From Octopus bimaculoides (taxonomy: Eukaryota): DNA of 64,000 bases. Made by a program: the position numbers and the translations under genes. Below, piece after piece: positions 26,182 through 39,661 of this stretch. Every line of letters begins with the position of its first letter. Position 1 is the first letter of the stretch. The notes under the pieces were generated by a model that was not told the DNA's origin, made no database searches, and saw nothing but the letters and a program-made list of their open reading frames with translations. The stretch lies in the NCBI RefSeq assembly GCF_001194135.2, contig NC_068982.1:70029330-70093329 (forward strand). The letters run 5' to 3'.

Positions 26182-26410
26182 ACATGGCCTAGTGCTTAGG
26201 GTATTCTACTTACAATTACAGGACCATGGTTTCGATTCCAGGACAAGGTAGTGCATTGTATTCATTTCACATTGTTCCAGTCCACTCAGCTGTGATTGAG
26301 TAACCCTGCAATGGACTGGCATCCTGTTGAAGGGAAAATATTGTGATCTTGGTTACTTTTACACCATGAAAACCAGGTAACCAGCCCTATGAGTTTGAGG
26401 ACTTGAAACA
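26182..26410 (+). mobile_element. tRNA-headed SINE family F (further copies ~26915-27200 and ~28362-28640)
   Basis: ATGGCCTAGTGCTTAGG (A-box) ... GGTTTCGATTCC (B-box) ... CCAGTCCACTCAGCTG ... ATGGACTGGCATCC recurs three times. Confidence 0.75.
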
Positions 26411-27696
26411 GTGATGCCCAGGAGTTGATGATGATGATAATGATTCTTTTGGACAACACCACATTAAGCTAACTGCAGCTCTCTAGGATAAAAAAACAGA
26501 ACCCAGCAAACTGTCGAACTTGAATGGAATGAAACAATGGTGACTTTATAATAAAAGATTGCCAATACTTTTGTTAGTTTTAAACACTCTTCTTGCTTTT
26601 GTAGCAGAATTTATATTCCATAAAATTCTCAGACTTTCAGATATCCCACCCACCCAAGAACATTTAATCCTTGCATTACCATATTTTGGTCAACATACAC
26701 TGCCTTTGTATCAATCCATTTCTAAAATAATGAAGTATTTAACAAAATAATTTTCTCATTATTAAGCAGGGGTCTGGAACAAATTAGCACAAAATTTTGA
26801 TGGAAGATAAAAAATTTAGGCCACTTTAAAACATTATGTCATAGAACCTGGAGTGGTCTCAGACAGGTTGGTATCAAAAGAGTGAAAGTTTATCAACAGC
26901 AGTATGTATGATTGCAAAAAGGCCCAAGACTTAGTTGTTAGGGTGCTACACTCAAGATTATGAAATTGTGGTTTTGATTCCTGAACCAGGCAATGTATTG
27001 TGTTCTTGAGCAAACCATTTTATTTCACACTGCTCCAGTTCACTCAGCTGTAAATGAGTTCAACGAATAGCTGGGAAGCTAACCTTGTGATGGACTGGCA
27101 CCCCATTCAGGGGGGTGGGGTGGAGCGTTATCATTTCAGTCACTTATAAACCATGGAAACTGGATTAAGCTTGACCTTAAAAGTCCTAGGGTTCATTATA
27201 GACCTAAGTATATATATTTGCTAGTATTCAAAAGAAGCCAAAGATGTCATGTTTTTTGTTTTGTTGTGTAACTTCAGTCTGTCAAAACTAAAACAACAGG
27301 GTTAAAACAAAAATGAGTAATTAAATGGACCAAATAACAGATTCCAGGAAATAAAATTTTCTCAATAAATCAACTTATTAGAAAATATATAACCGTTTAA
27401 CAAACACTTATTTAGAGTAATAATGTATGTTATTTACTACAACAGTGCTCAGGTCACCTATGATCAATGTATTCTAGCCATGACTACCTCACCTTATTTT
27501 CAGACAACATATCCAAAAGTACATTATCTAATGTGTACTTCTTTTATTTATGATAGTACAGTGGAGTTTGAGGGGGGATTTGGCTACTGTTTCTAACAGA
27601 TCAAGCAACTAAAGAAAAGCTGCTTCATTGACTCAAGTAGTACTGCAGAGAATGGGTATCATCAATTGATTTTTGTGTGTGTGTTTATGCATGTGT

Positions 27697-27731
<35 letters not shown>

Positions 27732-28147
27732 AATAACTTCCACACAATATAACAGACAGTGAATTTATTACTTCAGAACAGTTTTTAGAGGTATTTCATT
27801 AGAGCTGTATGTACTAATGTTATAGAGATTAAAGATAGGGAAGATAGAGGGTGGGTAAGATTTCATAGCCAATTAACTTTCAGTAATTGGCCTTGCCGAT
27901 CAAAAAGAAGAACAAACAACCAGTGATCCATCCAAAGAAAATATCAAATGAATCCATCAACCCACATAGTTCAAAGCTGTGACTCCTAAAACTTCCAGTG
28001 AAATGCCATTGATCACACACACACACAAGATCTCAACTGATGAATGTTACTATAACAGTTATCATAAAGAATTAACTGTCTGTTACACTGGAATTAAACA
28101 GAATCATTGTTATTAAGAACAAGGTAATTTCTTTTACAAAAATTATT

Positions 28148-28350
28148 TTAACCCTTTAGCATTCAGATTGCTCTGTCAAATGTAATTCACATTGTTTTGA
28201 TAATCATGCATTATCTTGTAGCTTTGAGGTTTTGATGATATGATTGTTTATTTTTAGAATGACATTGTAAAGTTGGTGTGAAAGGTTTTGAGCATAAAAG
28301 AGGTAGAATATTTTGGTCAGATATAGCTAGTATAAATGTTAATGGGTTAA
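28148..28350. mobile_element. piggyBac-type MITE
   Basis: TTAA-CCCTTTAGCATT ... AATGTTAATGGG-TTAA; same family at 38089-38313 and 44703-44929. Confidence 0.85.
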
Positions 28351-29956
28351 AGAATGTGAAGGTGTGCCTTAGTGCTTAGTTGGGGTGTTGGGTTCGTGAT
28401 AGTAACATTGTGGTTTCGTTTCTCCAGACTGGGTGGTGCATTGTATTCTTGAGAAAAATACTTCATTTCATGTTGCTCCAGTTCACTCAGCTGAAAATGA
28501 ATCTCAGCAGCAGCTGGATAGAGGAGTTAATCCTGCAGCAGGCTGGCATCCCGTTCAGTGGCAGTATCATACTCTCAGTCCCTTAGATGCTATGTAAACT
28601 GAGATAAACTCTAGCCTAATGAGCCTGTAGGGTTTGTAACAAACTTAAGACCTAATTTTAAAGAATACTGTATGCAAGCAAGGCTGCAGTTAAGCAGTCT
28701 GCTTTGCAATCATTTGGTTTTAGGTTTGATCCCACTGTGGAACACCTCTGAGCGAGTGTCTACTGTCATAGTCTCAGATTAACTAATAGAGTGAAATTTG
28801 ACTGGTGATAACTGGAGAGAGAGAGAGAGAGAGAGAGAATTGTTGCAGAACATGTGGCATTTAGGTATTCAGTTATGGCCCTTTAGACCAATTTGGACAT
28901 AGCAAATTGATAAATAGAAATCAATAAAAAAAAAATCATCTAAAATCCCTTAGGGCAGTACTCCAACATGGTCACAGCCTAAACACTGAAATTAATAAAA
29001 GAATTGCTAAACATCTAAAAGTTGGAAAGGGAGAATTTCCCAAACTACAGACCCAAATGGTGATACAAAGACTTCCAAGTAATTCAGTAATTCAAGAAAG
29101 CTAATGACCAATATCACCAAGATATTTTATAATTCATTTTCTTTTGAAATAACTCCTTAAGAAATAAGTTATTTTGAAAAGAATAAGTTTAGTGTTTGGA
29201 ATTTAACTTCAACAAAAGGTTCTTAGATATGATGATGATGGAAGATTCTAGGTTATAAACATGGTAAGATGGAGAACTTTCATGTGTGACTTGTGTTATA
29301 TAAAGACATGTACATATTTAATTATTCCATCTTCACACACCATGCCTTGTAAAGAAAAACTAATTTATCTGCTTATTAAATAACATATTATTCAAGTGCT
29401 TATTCATATACACTTGAATGAAAATAAAAGGTAAAATAGTTTAAAATTGAAATGGTTATGAATAAAGGAAGTGCAGACCACAATACACAGATACTAAATT
29501 CTTAACACGTTTAATATGTAATCACACACACACACACATAGATATATTTATATATATATCTGTCATTACTGATCAAAGAATTTAACTTTATCTCTGACCC
29601 ACTCGCATAACAAATCCCAATTTACTATTATAAGTTTTGCTGACAATAGGTACCAAAAATGAATATGTGCCATGCTAATCCTTACCCTTGTTATAGCAAC
29701 CATAACTTGCTGATCAGAAACTATTAGAGAAAGAATAATATTCTTTCAACAAGATCTGAGAGAGAGAGAGAGAGAGAGAGTGGGTGTATGTGTGTGTGTG
29801 CACACGTTTGTGCTTTTGTGTGTGTATGTGTGTAAAATATTTGGCCTCAACTCTTAAGACATTAGAAGAACATTTTTCTCAGAATTAAAAGCTAAAATAT
29901 GCGAAGATGGAAATAATTTTTTTTTTTAAATCAATACTAGAAATAATAACATATTC

Positions 29957-30000
<44 letters not shown>

Positions 30001-32645
30001 GATGTTAGATATTTCAGTTCTATTCCAGCAGTTAAAATTACTACAAAAATGATTAAGTTAAAAACTAGGAACTAAATTCAAAGTTTATGTAGGAACAACA
30101 TCCAACAATATCATTAAAACAGCAGAAAACAGAAGATATGCATTTTCTATTTTTACATTTTGTATCACTTTTTAACTATTTATAATTCAATAGAGTCTTT
30201 AAAAAAAAGATGGTTAAACTTTCCTGCTTTGTTTTTAATTCTTAATCCAGTTTTATAGCAATAAGTCAAGAGCTACATACGAGCTTGTGATCCACCAAAC
30301 ATATATTCCCACATGCTGACAATGCAACATGTATAAACCAATACCACACCTTCATAAAACTATTTCTAGCAGGTTAAAATACTTGACAACCCACAGGAAG
30401 ATATTAAGACATCCAACTTTGGAAATTAGCAAAAATTTATGTCTACTAATCCAAAACATTTTTTCTACAAAGATTAAAAAATATATATAAAACAAACAGA
30501 AGAAATCACTTTAGAAACCAACAGGAATGTTTATCCCAGCCTCTTTGGTATTCGTTCTTTCTCTGTTATACTGCTGTCAAGTGGAGCAATTCACAAAGCA
30601 GATTACAAAACAGCAAACAGACAGATGTCTGCTGAACATTAACACATCCATTGCAAGAGCTTTCAATGAAAAAGTTATTACAGTTTTGGACAGACTTTAC
30701 TGCAAAACTCTACCAAATATCTAAAACAAAACTGATCACAACAGTATTGAATGTTAAGTCCAGTTAGAGGTTTCAGAAAATTCTCTATTATTTATTGATT
30801 TTTGTATTTTCTTTCAGGCGTTTTTTTTTCGTAACATTTCACTAAAACAACATATTTCTACTTCCTTTTCCTTCTTTCCTTTCCCATCTTTTTATTTTGA
30901 ATTTTAATAATTTTTTTTTTTTTTTACCTGCTCACACTTAACCATTCGAAACCAAGGAAAATGTTTTATCCTTTCATAATTAAGAGAAGAGTGTATACAG
31001 AACTAATTAAGTCCAACAGACAAGATATCCTGCGATAATGACAGCCAAAACAATATGAAGATGATGGCTTTAGATTGTGTGACGCAGTTTACATTTATTT
31101 CCTTGGAATTACTCCCAGCAACAGGTAGCAATTTTCTGTTTTTTTTCATATTAGCAGAAAGCTAAGTTAGAAGAACTTCGTTGGTAATAAATGTTTTCTT
31201 TTTAATAAAGGTAAATAAATAAAATAAATAATGTCTTGAATGCAGATCAGATGATTTTGTTTTTGTTTTGTAATGCATGATCTCCAAAACAAGGGAGCTA
31301 ATCAAGTCAGAGTAATAATTTGGACTCAGTAACAAAAGATCTTTAAATTTCTTTAAGGTTTAGTTTTTCCCAAAGTCTGAATAATCACCATCAAAGAAAT
31401 GGCACTGGTGTGTAATGTAAGCTTAAGCTGTTGGTTATGTTTTCCAAAAAACATAGAAATAGACTTCAGCTTTGTCTGATTCCAGTTTAACTGAGAGATG
31501 TCTGTCCAGATATATATATATAACCACTATTTATGCTTCAAGCTACAATAACATGTTTTAATTTTCCAAAATAATCAGAGTTTATTTTTTACTTTAACAG
31601 AAGCATTTTCTTTGGAGGAACTTTAAAAAAAAAAAAGAAAAACAGAGAAAATCAGGTATTCTGTGTGATGTGGAGAGTTCCATTTCAAAAATGGTAGAAT
31701 ATGTAACTGCTACAGTCCACCATGGCAGTAGACCTAGTTTTACCATGGAATATTGAAGTCAAAAGAAGAACAAGATAGCTCAGGTGTGTGTGTGTGTGTG
31801 TACATACATATATGTATGTACATGTGTGTGTGTACATACATATATGTATGTACGTGTGAGTGTGTGTGTGCATATTTATCATCATCATCAAGATTCTAAA
31901 CTGCAAATGATTGTTTCACAAGGCTCTGACTACTATTATTATTATTACTATTATACATAGTCAGCTACTAACAACAGAAACAGTAGCAACTATCTTGTAC
32001 AGTGACAGCACTATGAAAGGTGGGGGGAAAGGAAGAGGGAGTATAAATAAAAACAAAATGACAACAACAACATGAGGGAAGGATTGGTTCTCAAGCTGAA
32101 ACAGTGAGGCACAAGGCAGAAACAGAACAAAATTCTTAAGCAGATTGTTTTGAGTAGTTTGCATAAACAGTTGGTCTTTAATGATAAGAAATGTCTTTGG
32201 TAATGAAACAGTTACAATAGATGTTTTAATGACAGCAATTAGACTTTGATTTTGTGTGTCATCGGCACGAACAGTTTGGTTGTCTTGCAGCATTTCTCTC
32301 TTCTCTGATTTGGTATAAAATCTCATCAGATGGGGGGGAAAGCGATATTGGTAGAAGTGCTACAGCAGGAATATCAATGAGCAATAGTTTTCAGTTTGCA
32401 GACAGTTCAATAAAACAAGATGGAACTTCAGATTATCTGCGCAGGCAGCAATAATATACAGATGGGATGAAGGTTATTTCAGACAAAGTTCTTTAAGTTG
32501 TAAATCATATGGAACTGTGCAGAAGAGCCTTCCTTCTGTTGGAACTGGTTCAACGTGAATTGTTAGTAAAACACCGATACAGCTCAGAGTCAAGTTGACA
32601 GTGATGGCAATAACAATAACAACAACAGAAATAACAACCACATGC

Positions 32646-32711
32646 TTACAGTTTCTGTTGCTGGTATTTGGAGAGCAGTGCCTCAAGTAGACGTAACCTA
32701 GCTTTTACTTG
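32646..32711 (-). CDS. FAM13A: FAM13-family terminal coding exon (QVKARLRLLEALLSKYQQQKL*)
   Basis: TCTTGCAG acceptor, TAA at 32648-32646; matches FAM13 C-terminus HIKAKLRLLEVLISK. Confidence 0.93.
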   Translation of the reverse strand, partial: QVKARLRLLEALLSKYQQQKL

Positions 32712-33494
32712 CTGCAAGACAAAAAGGAAAAACAGAAATGACAATTAGACACAAATATGATAATGACATCTCACATAAGCATCATCATCATCATCAATAT
32801 TATTTTAGCATTCCTTTTCCATGCTTGCATGGATTGTTCAGAGTTCCCTGTGGCACATTTTCTCCAGCTGGATGCCCTTCCTATTGCCAAGATAATACTA
32901 TCCCATGGCCAGACATGTTTTTACAAAATACTGGAGACAAACGACACTGCTTGTATGACAGTGACACTCATTTACAACTGTAGCATAATGTCAAAACATG
33001 GACACGGATGGACGGACAGAGACACACACCAGGTTTTTTTCAGTTTCTATCAACCAAATTCACTCACAAGGCTTTCATCAGTCTGGAGCTAGAGTAGAAG
33101 ACCCTTGTCCAAGGTTTCACACAGTGGGATTGAACCCAAAACCATGTGGTTTAGAAGCAAACTTCTTAATCACATATCTGCTCCTAGAAGTATGTATATA
33201 TATATACAAGCCTGGGAGTGGAAACATACAAGCAGTGTCATTCATATCTAATATTCTGCAAAAATATATCTGACCATGGGGAAAGATTACTTTACTTGGA
33301 AACAGGTGCAGGTTAGTAATAGGAAGGGCATCCAAGCATAGGAAACCTGGCTCAACTATCTAACCCATACAAGCACAGATAAGTGGAAATTAAAATGATG
33401 ATTATGGCAAATCAAAGCAAGTTTTATTTATTTAAACTAATACAAATATTGTGAATGTGTAAAAATGGTTTTGAAACACAAAATTTAACCTTAC

Positions 33495-33549
33495 TTTGTA
33501 TTCTTGGTAATCTTCTTGTAAAGGAATTTTATCTTCTTTCTGCACTTTT
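33495..33549 (-). CDS. FAM13A: FAM13-family exon (KVQKEDKIPLQEDYQEYK)
   Basis: TTTCCAG acceptor, GTAAGG donor, 55 nt; matches NVQKEDRTPMAEEYSEYK. Confidence 0.93.
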
Positions 33550-35377
33550 CTGGAAAAATAAATAAATATGTATATATATAAACGAACAAAGAGAATTTTA
33601 TCGTAACAGAAGGAAACAGAATTGGTTGAGAAATCTAGAGAAAAAATTGATTAAAGTTCCAACCAAATGACTGAACAAAATTATAACCCTCTTTCATGCC
33701 ACTTAAAACCTGGCATAAAGACATCCACATCTCAAATACTACTCACCACACCACCCACTTAGTAGAGGGCGCTTTATCTTTTTCCTGCACTTTTCTTGTC
33801 TTATAGATAGATTATTTGGCAAGCCCTTCAGTGCTAGTGGCATGAGAAAAGCACCGAGTACCACACAGTACACTGTGTAAAGTGATTGGTTTTAGGGAGG
33901 ACATCAAGCCATAGAAACCATGTCAAAGCTGACATCAGGGCTTGGTGTAACCCTGCAGCTCACCAGATCCTGTCAAACCATCTAGCCCAAGCCAGTATGG
34001 AAAATGGATGTTTAGTGATAATGATGATGATATATAGATATTATTGCTGTTCATTCCCAGGTTGGCTCTGATGAAGTTTATTGGTGATTAGAGATATTCA
34101 AGCTATGACTATCCTTTTTTGTTTTTTAGTAACATTACATGCCAGATCACATTATTCAATGTGTACTTTTTTTTTAAGACAATCAGGAGTGTGGTTTGAA
34201 GGAAATGTGGTTGCTATTTCTATCAGATCAGGCAACAACCATAGAGGTTTGTGTGATGGCAATGATACCCATTTTACTTGTGAGATGTGATTTTGATTCA
34301 CATACAAGTGATGAGATTACAATCAATCAATGACTTACTTTGATGACTTACAATTCAAATCTCAAATCCTGCCAGGATTAACAGAACTATTTGTTCATCT
34401 GAAGTCAATCAAGAATTTTAAGGCAAGTGGGCCATGTGTATATATATTCCCACCCCCCACTGCTTAACAACCAGTGTTGGTTTGTTTATGTTCCTGTAAC
34501 TGAACAGTTTTTGCAAAAGAGACCAACAGAATAAGTACAAAACTTGAAAATAAGTACTAGAGTCTGAAGTAAAATATCTGAAACGCTGCACCAGGATAGC
34601 CTAGGCACAGATGTGATTATGTGGTTAAGAAGCTTGCATCTCAACCACATGGTTTCAGGTTCAGACCTACTGCATGGCACCATGGGCATCTTTTACCAGG
34701 TCAATCATATCCTTGTAAATGGATTTGGTAGACAGACACCGAAAGAAGACTGTCATGTGTGTATGCTTGTATCATCTCTTTGTCTTGACATTACATGATA
34801 GTTGTAAATGAGTGTCACTGTCATATAAGCAGTGTCATTCATTTCCAATATTCTGTGAAAACATGTTTGGCCTTGGTGAAAAAAAACCTTCCTTGGAAAC
34901 AAGTGAGGACTGACAACAGGAAAAGCATCTGGCCATAGAAAATTTGCATCAACAATTTTCATCCAACCTATGCAAGCATGGAAGAGTGGATGCTAAAAAC
35001 TGCTAATTTTTCTATAATTAGTTATGTGTCTAATAGCTTTGTTTGAACAAAGCTAATTAGAGCCAGTTACCACAAAGTTGTTGCTGTTTTGAATAACCTT
35101 AGGCAGCTCAATCTTAAGATACAAATATAAAACAGAAGAAACCAAATAGAGATTTGGGTGCAAGTCTCAAATTCTTCTCCATCTAACCTGCCAGACTTCA
35201 GTTTATAACCAAGTTGGAAACCCTGACTGTAGTGGCTGGTTGTGTAGAAGGAAGCAAGGCAGTGAGAGTATACCTCATCTTTTTACCTAATTGTCTGTCT
35301 ATATACATTTAGAGATGTGAATGTGTCGAAAGTAGACACAAATTATGTGTACTCAGTCAGTAAATTCATATGTAACC

Positions 35378-35660
35378 TGTGTGGTGTCACACAAAAGCGC
35401 CCATGTGGTGTCATGTTAAAGCACCCATACGACACCATGTAAAAGAGCCCATGCAGCACCAGTAAAAGTGCCCATGTGATGCCACATAAAAGCACCCAGC
35501 ACACACTGTAAAGTAGTTGTCATTAGGAACAGCATCCAGTTGTAGAAAGCATGCCAAATCAGACTGGAGTCTGGTGCAGCTTTCCAGCTTGTCAGCTCTA
35601 GTCACACCATCCAACCCATGCCAGCATGGACAATAGATGTTAAATGATGATGGTGATGAT
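35378..35660 (+). mobile_element. Family-D element with five internal 23-24-bp subrepeats
   Basis: Degenerate (TGTGGTGCCACGTAAAAGCACCCA)x5 at ~35380-35500, followed by the family-D body and (GAT)n tail. Confidence 0.8.
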
Positions 35661-36348
35661 GTGTGTATGTATGTATTAATGCTTACATTCAGCATTCACA
35701 TGAAAATAGCACTGAACTGCAAATAGTGGACTTTGTTGATAATTCCCTATCAACAAAAAGGTGCAGGCATACCACATGTTTTGAGATTCAGTCCCACTAC
35801 ACAGCACCTTAGTCAAATGTCTTCTATTATAGCCATGAGCCAATAGATGGAAATTGTATGGAAGTTAATCATGTCCAACCCATGCCAGCATTGAACATGG
35901 ACATTAAATGATAAAGATGTATATCTTTGTGTTTGCTCCCTTCCTACCCCCACTGCTTGACAACCAGTGTTGGTTTGCTTATGTTCCTGTAACTGAACAG
36001 TTTTTGCAAAAGAGACCAACAGAATAAGTACTGGAGTCGACTTGTTTGACTAATCTCTTCAAGGTAGTGCCCCAGCATGGCCGCCGTCCAATAACAGAAG
36101 TAAAGGATAAAATTAAAATGATCCCTTAGCTCTGTGGAATAAAAAAAAAAATCCTTTACTTGAAAAAAAAAAAAACATTGACAATATTTACTTGTCTATC
36201 CCATTCTAGCACAAAAAACACAACAAACAACATCTGAGGCAAAGCGTAAGAAGAGTAAAAACCCCTTTTGGTCATGAATGACCATGGAATTGCACCTAGA
36301 CAGTTACCCTCCAAGGTACAAGTCTGGGCAAGGTTATTTATGGAAGAC

Positions 36349-36581
36349 AAGGCAGCGAGCTGGCAGAATCATTAGCACGCCGGGTGAAATGCTTAGCGGT
36401 ATTTCGTCTGCCGCTACGTTCTGAGTTCAAATTCCGCCAAGGTTGATTTTGCCTTTCATCCTTTCGGGGTCGATTAAATAGGTACCAGTTACACACTGGG
36501 GTTGGTGTAATCGATTTAATCCCTCTGTCTCTCTTTGTTTGTCCCTTCTATGTTTAGCCCCTTGTGGGCAATAAAGAATTG
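36349..36581 (+). mobile_element. Young solitary family-A SINE with 14-bp TSD
   Basis: TSD TATTTATGGAAGAC at 36335-36348 and 36582-36595; CpGs retained. Confidence 0.9.
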
Positions 36582-36894
36582 TATTTATGGAAGACTAGTA
36601 GTCACCCATGCCACTGATGTTATTGACGGGAAAGGCAAAAACTGATACAACTTGGCACCAGTGATATTGCAACTCATCTCTATAGCTGAATGAACTGGAG
36701 CAATGTGAAATAAGGTGTCTTGCTCAAGAACACAATTCACTGCCTCATGACTATGAGCCCAATGCTCTAACCACTGAGTCATGCACCAGCAACAACATCA
36801 ATAGCAAATGCAAAGACATGTTTCTCATATGAAGGGAGACACATATAGAAATACAACTGATTGTTACTTTAAGCACTAAAATATTGCCACTTAC

Positions 36895-36996
36895 CGTCCA
36901 TTTTGACTAAGGAATTCATTTTCAAAATCTCGAAGAATCTTTCTCAGCTTCCTCTTCTCAACTCGAGTCTTTGTCAGTTCTTCTTGTAGTTGAGGA
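36895..36996 (-). CDS. FAM13A: FAM13-family exon (PQLQEELTKTRVEKRKLRKILRDFENEFLSQNG)
   Basis: TTTCAG acceptor, GTAAGT donor, 102 nt; matches REEKKRIRKKLRDFEDNFFRQNGR. Confidence 0.95.
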
Positions 36997-37182
36997 CTGA
37001 AATAACAATGAAAACCATCAATGACACTTTATTTTCTCAAAGCTGTTCACTCTTGTTTCTCCTTAACTAACTCCAATGTATTTAAAATTAATTCTAAACT
37101 GAACATCATCATATCAATTGATTATTAGATAAACTGCTTTTATCAAGTAAGCTTGGTCACTAAAGCAGACTATAGCCTGTAT

Positions 37183-37578
37183 TCTTTTACATGTTTCAGC
37201 CATTTGACTGCAGCCATGGCTTTAATGGTTTTACTTGAAGAAATCAACCCCAGGACTTATTCTTCATAAGCCTAGAACTTATTCTATCTGTCTCTTTTTG
37301 CTGAACCATTACATTATAGGGATGTAAACACACTAACATCAGTTGTCAAGTGATGGTGGGTGGAACGAATACAGACACACACACAGGAATATATATTCAT
37401 CATCATCATCATCATTAAACGTTCACATGAAATAGCATCGGCTTCTTTCAGTTTTTGTCTACCTACTCCACTCACAAGGATTTGGTTAGCTTGAGGCCCA
37501 AGGTGTTATGCAGTGGGACTGAACCCAGAACCATGTGGTTGGGAAGCAAGGTTCTTACCACACAGCCATGCTTGCACC
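37183..37578 (-). mobile_element. tRNA-headed SINE family C
   Basis: Homologous to 23306-23672. Confidence 0.85.
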
Positions 37579-38088
37579 TATGTAGACTAAAAACATTTTT
37601 TAGTTAAGATTTTACAAACTCATAAGATTTTCCAGAAGCATTTCATGCAGTGCCATGAAAAGATGCACCTAGTATATTCTGTAAAGTGGTTGGCATTAAG
37701 AAAGGCATCCAGCCATAAAAACCATGCCAAAATAGACATTAAAGCTTGGAACAATCCTCTGGCTCATCAGTTTCTGTTGAACCATCCAACACATGCTAGC
37801 ATAGAAAATGGATGCCAAATGATGATAATAAGTTGGAAAGCAATCTTTGATACCATAATTCTTTATAAAGTTATTACTGAATTAAATCAATTAACCTTCA
37901 CACACACACAAATTTAAAAAAAAAAAAGAGTTGAAAATAAATTAGAACTTGGTTGATCATTCAAAGCATTCACATACCTAAGTGTATCAAGCTTTGTGAA
38001 ATACAAATTGTCTTAGTTGGGTTTCTCAGTGCAACTAACTTAGTACCTCCTAAGATTTACAGCTTAAAACTTGTAAATTTAAAGATGT

Positions 38089-38313
38089 TTAATCCTTTAG
38101 CATTCAGATTATTCTGTCAAATGTAATGCTTATTTATTCATAATGCTTTGAATTAATTATGCAGTATTTTGTAGCAACTAAATTTCAATGATGTGATTGT
38201 TCATTTTAGAATGACATCGTAGCATAATCAAAAAGCCAAATCTGGCCAGTTTGAACATAAAACAGATAAAATATTTGGGCTGGATATGGCCAGTTTAAAT
38301 GCTAAAGGGTTAA
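38089..38313. mobile_element. piggyBac-type MITE
   Basis: TTAA-TCCTTTAGCATT ... AATGCTAAAGGG-TTAA. Confidence 0.85.
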
Positions 38314-38896
38314 GAGATGTACTCGTCTGACAAGTAATATGATCTGAGATAGTGTGTAGAAACTAAAATAATTATAGCATGGAAGACATTAACTATTCAA
38401 TATCACATAGACTACTGACTTAGCTTAAACATCTATTATCTGGTGTCAAAATTTTCATCATAATAAAAGGTTGAAGTTAACTGTTTTTGCATGCTTTTGA
38501 ATGGCTAACCTGTATATCTCAAGCTGTAATTGCTGGATATGTTTAATTATGATAAAAATTAACAGCATTACACATATATTTTATGAATATTAAGACTACA
38601 TGGTATATCAAGTTAATTTAGTAGCAACAAACATTACAGTAAATGTGTTTTTATTGAGCTATTGAAAAATAATAGTTGTTCAGAATATCCCAGAGTTTGT
38701 TTCTCCCTATAACACACTAGGCAGAGAATGATAACTATAAATGGGGCCTTTTTACAAAGGATCCACTAGTCAGCCAGCTACTCCAACTCGGTGTTTCTAT
38801 TCTATTTCTTATTAATCAAGCTAATCATACATCACATTGAAACTGTTACTTAAGTGCAAAGACCTATCAATACATTAATGTATAGTATATACTTAC

Positions 38897-39117
38897 ATAG
38901 TCATTTCATGAAGTGTTGCTTCTTGGTTAATTGAGCTTTCTCCGGTGCTCATTAGGCGAGATTTGGGAGATCCACTTCCGGCAGAGGTCGCTGCTGATGA
39001 AACCTTTATTGTATCTCTTGTTAAAACTAGATCTCTGGTTACAGAAAAATCTGCAACTGTATCAAAATTTTCATCATCTTCCATTTCAGCTGTAGGCACA
39101 TGAACTGTTTTCTTCCA
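38897..39117 (-). CDS. FAM13A: FAM13-family exon (WKKTVHVPTAEMEDDENF...SSINQEATLHEMT)
   Basis: TTAAAG acceptor, GTAAGT donor, 221 nt open, phases fit both neighbours; ends in TLHEM, equivalent to FAM13 NLHAASM. Confidence 0.88.
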
Positions 39118-39276
39118 CTTTAAGACAAAAGAGAGAAGAAAAAAAATTATACATCAGCAAGAATAATATATTTCTGAAAGAATAATAAAGACAGTGCTAG
39201 CAGAGTTGTAAATCTTTAATCAAAATATTGATTCCTCTCATTAGTACACTACTACATGTTTGCAAAAGGAGAATGT

Positions 39277-39661
39277 TGTTGCTGGCACTCTGTCGCTTAC
39301 GACGACGAGGGTTCCTGTTGATCCAATCAACGGAACAGCCTGCTTGTGAAATTAATGTGCAAGTGGCTGAGCATTCCACAGACACGTGTACCCTTAATGT
39401 AGTTCTCGGGGATATTCAGCGTGACACAGTGTGACAAGGCAGACCCTTTGAATTACAGGCACAAGAGAAACAGGAAGAAAGAGTGAGAGAAAGTTGTGGC
39501 AAAAGAGTACAGCAGGGTTCGCCACCATCCCCTGCCGAAGCCTCGTGGAGCTTTAGGTGTTTTCACTCAATAAACACTCACAACGCACAGTCTGGAAATC
39601 AAAACCGCAATCCTATGACCACGAGTCCGCTGCCCTAACCACTGGGCCATTGCGCCTCCAC
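39277..39661 (-). mobile_element. Full-length tRNA-derived SINE (family B) with 17-bp TSD
   Basis: TSD TTGCAAAAGGAGAATGT at 39260-39276 and 39662-39678; A-box TGGCCCAGTGG and B-box-like GGTTTTGATTTCC on the minus strand. Confidence 0.93.

Noticed and set aside
35380-35500. Regularly spaced ~24-bp repeats resembling a CRISPR array
   Set aside because: The units are contiguous and degenerate with no unique spacers, are part of the family-D retroelement, and lie in a eukaryotic context with no cas genes.
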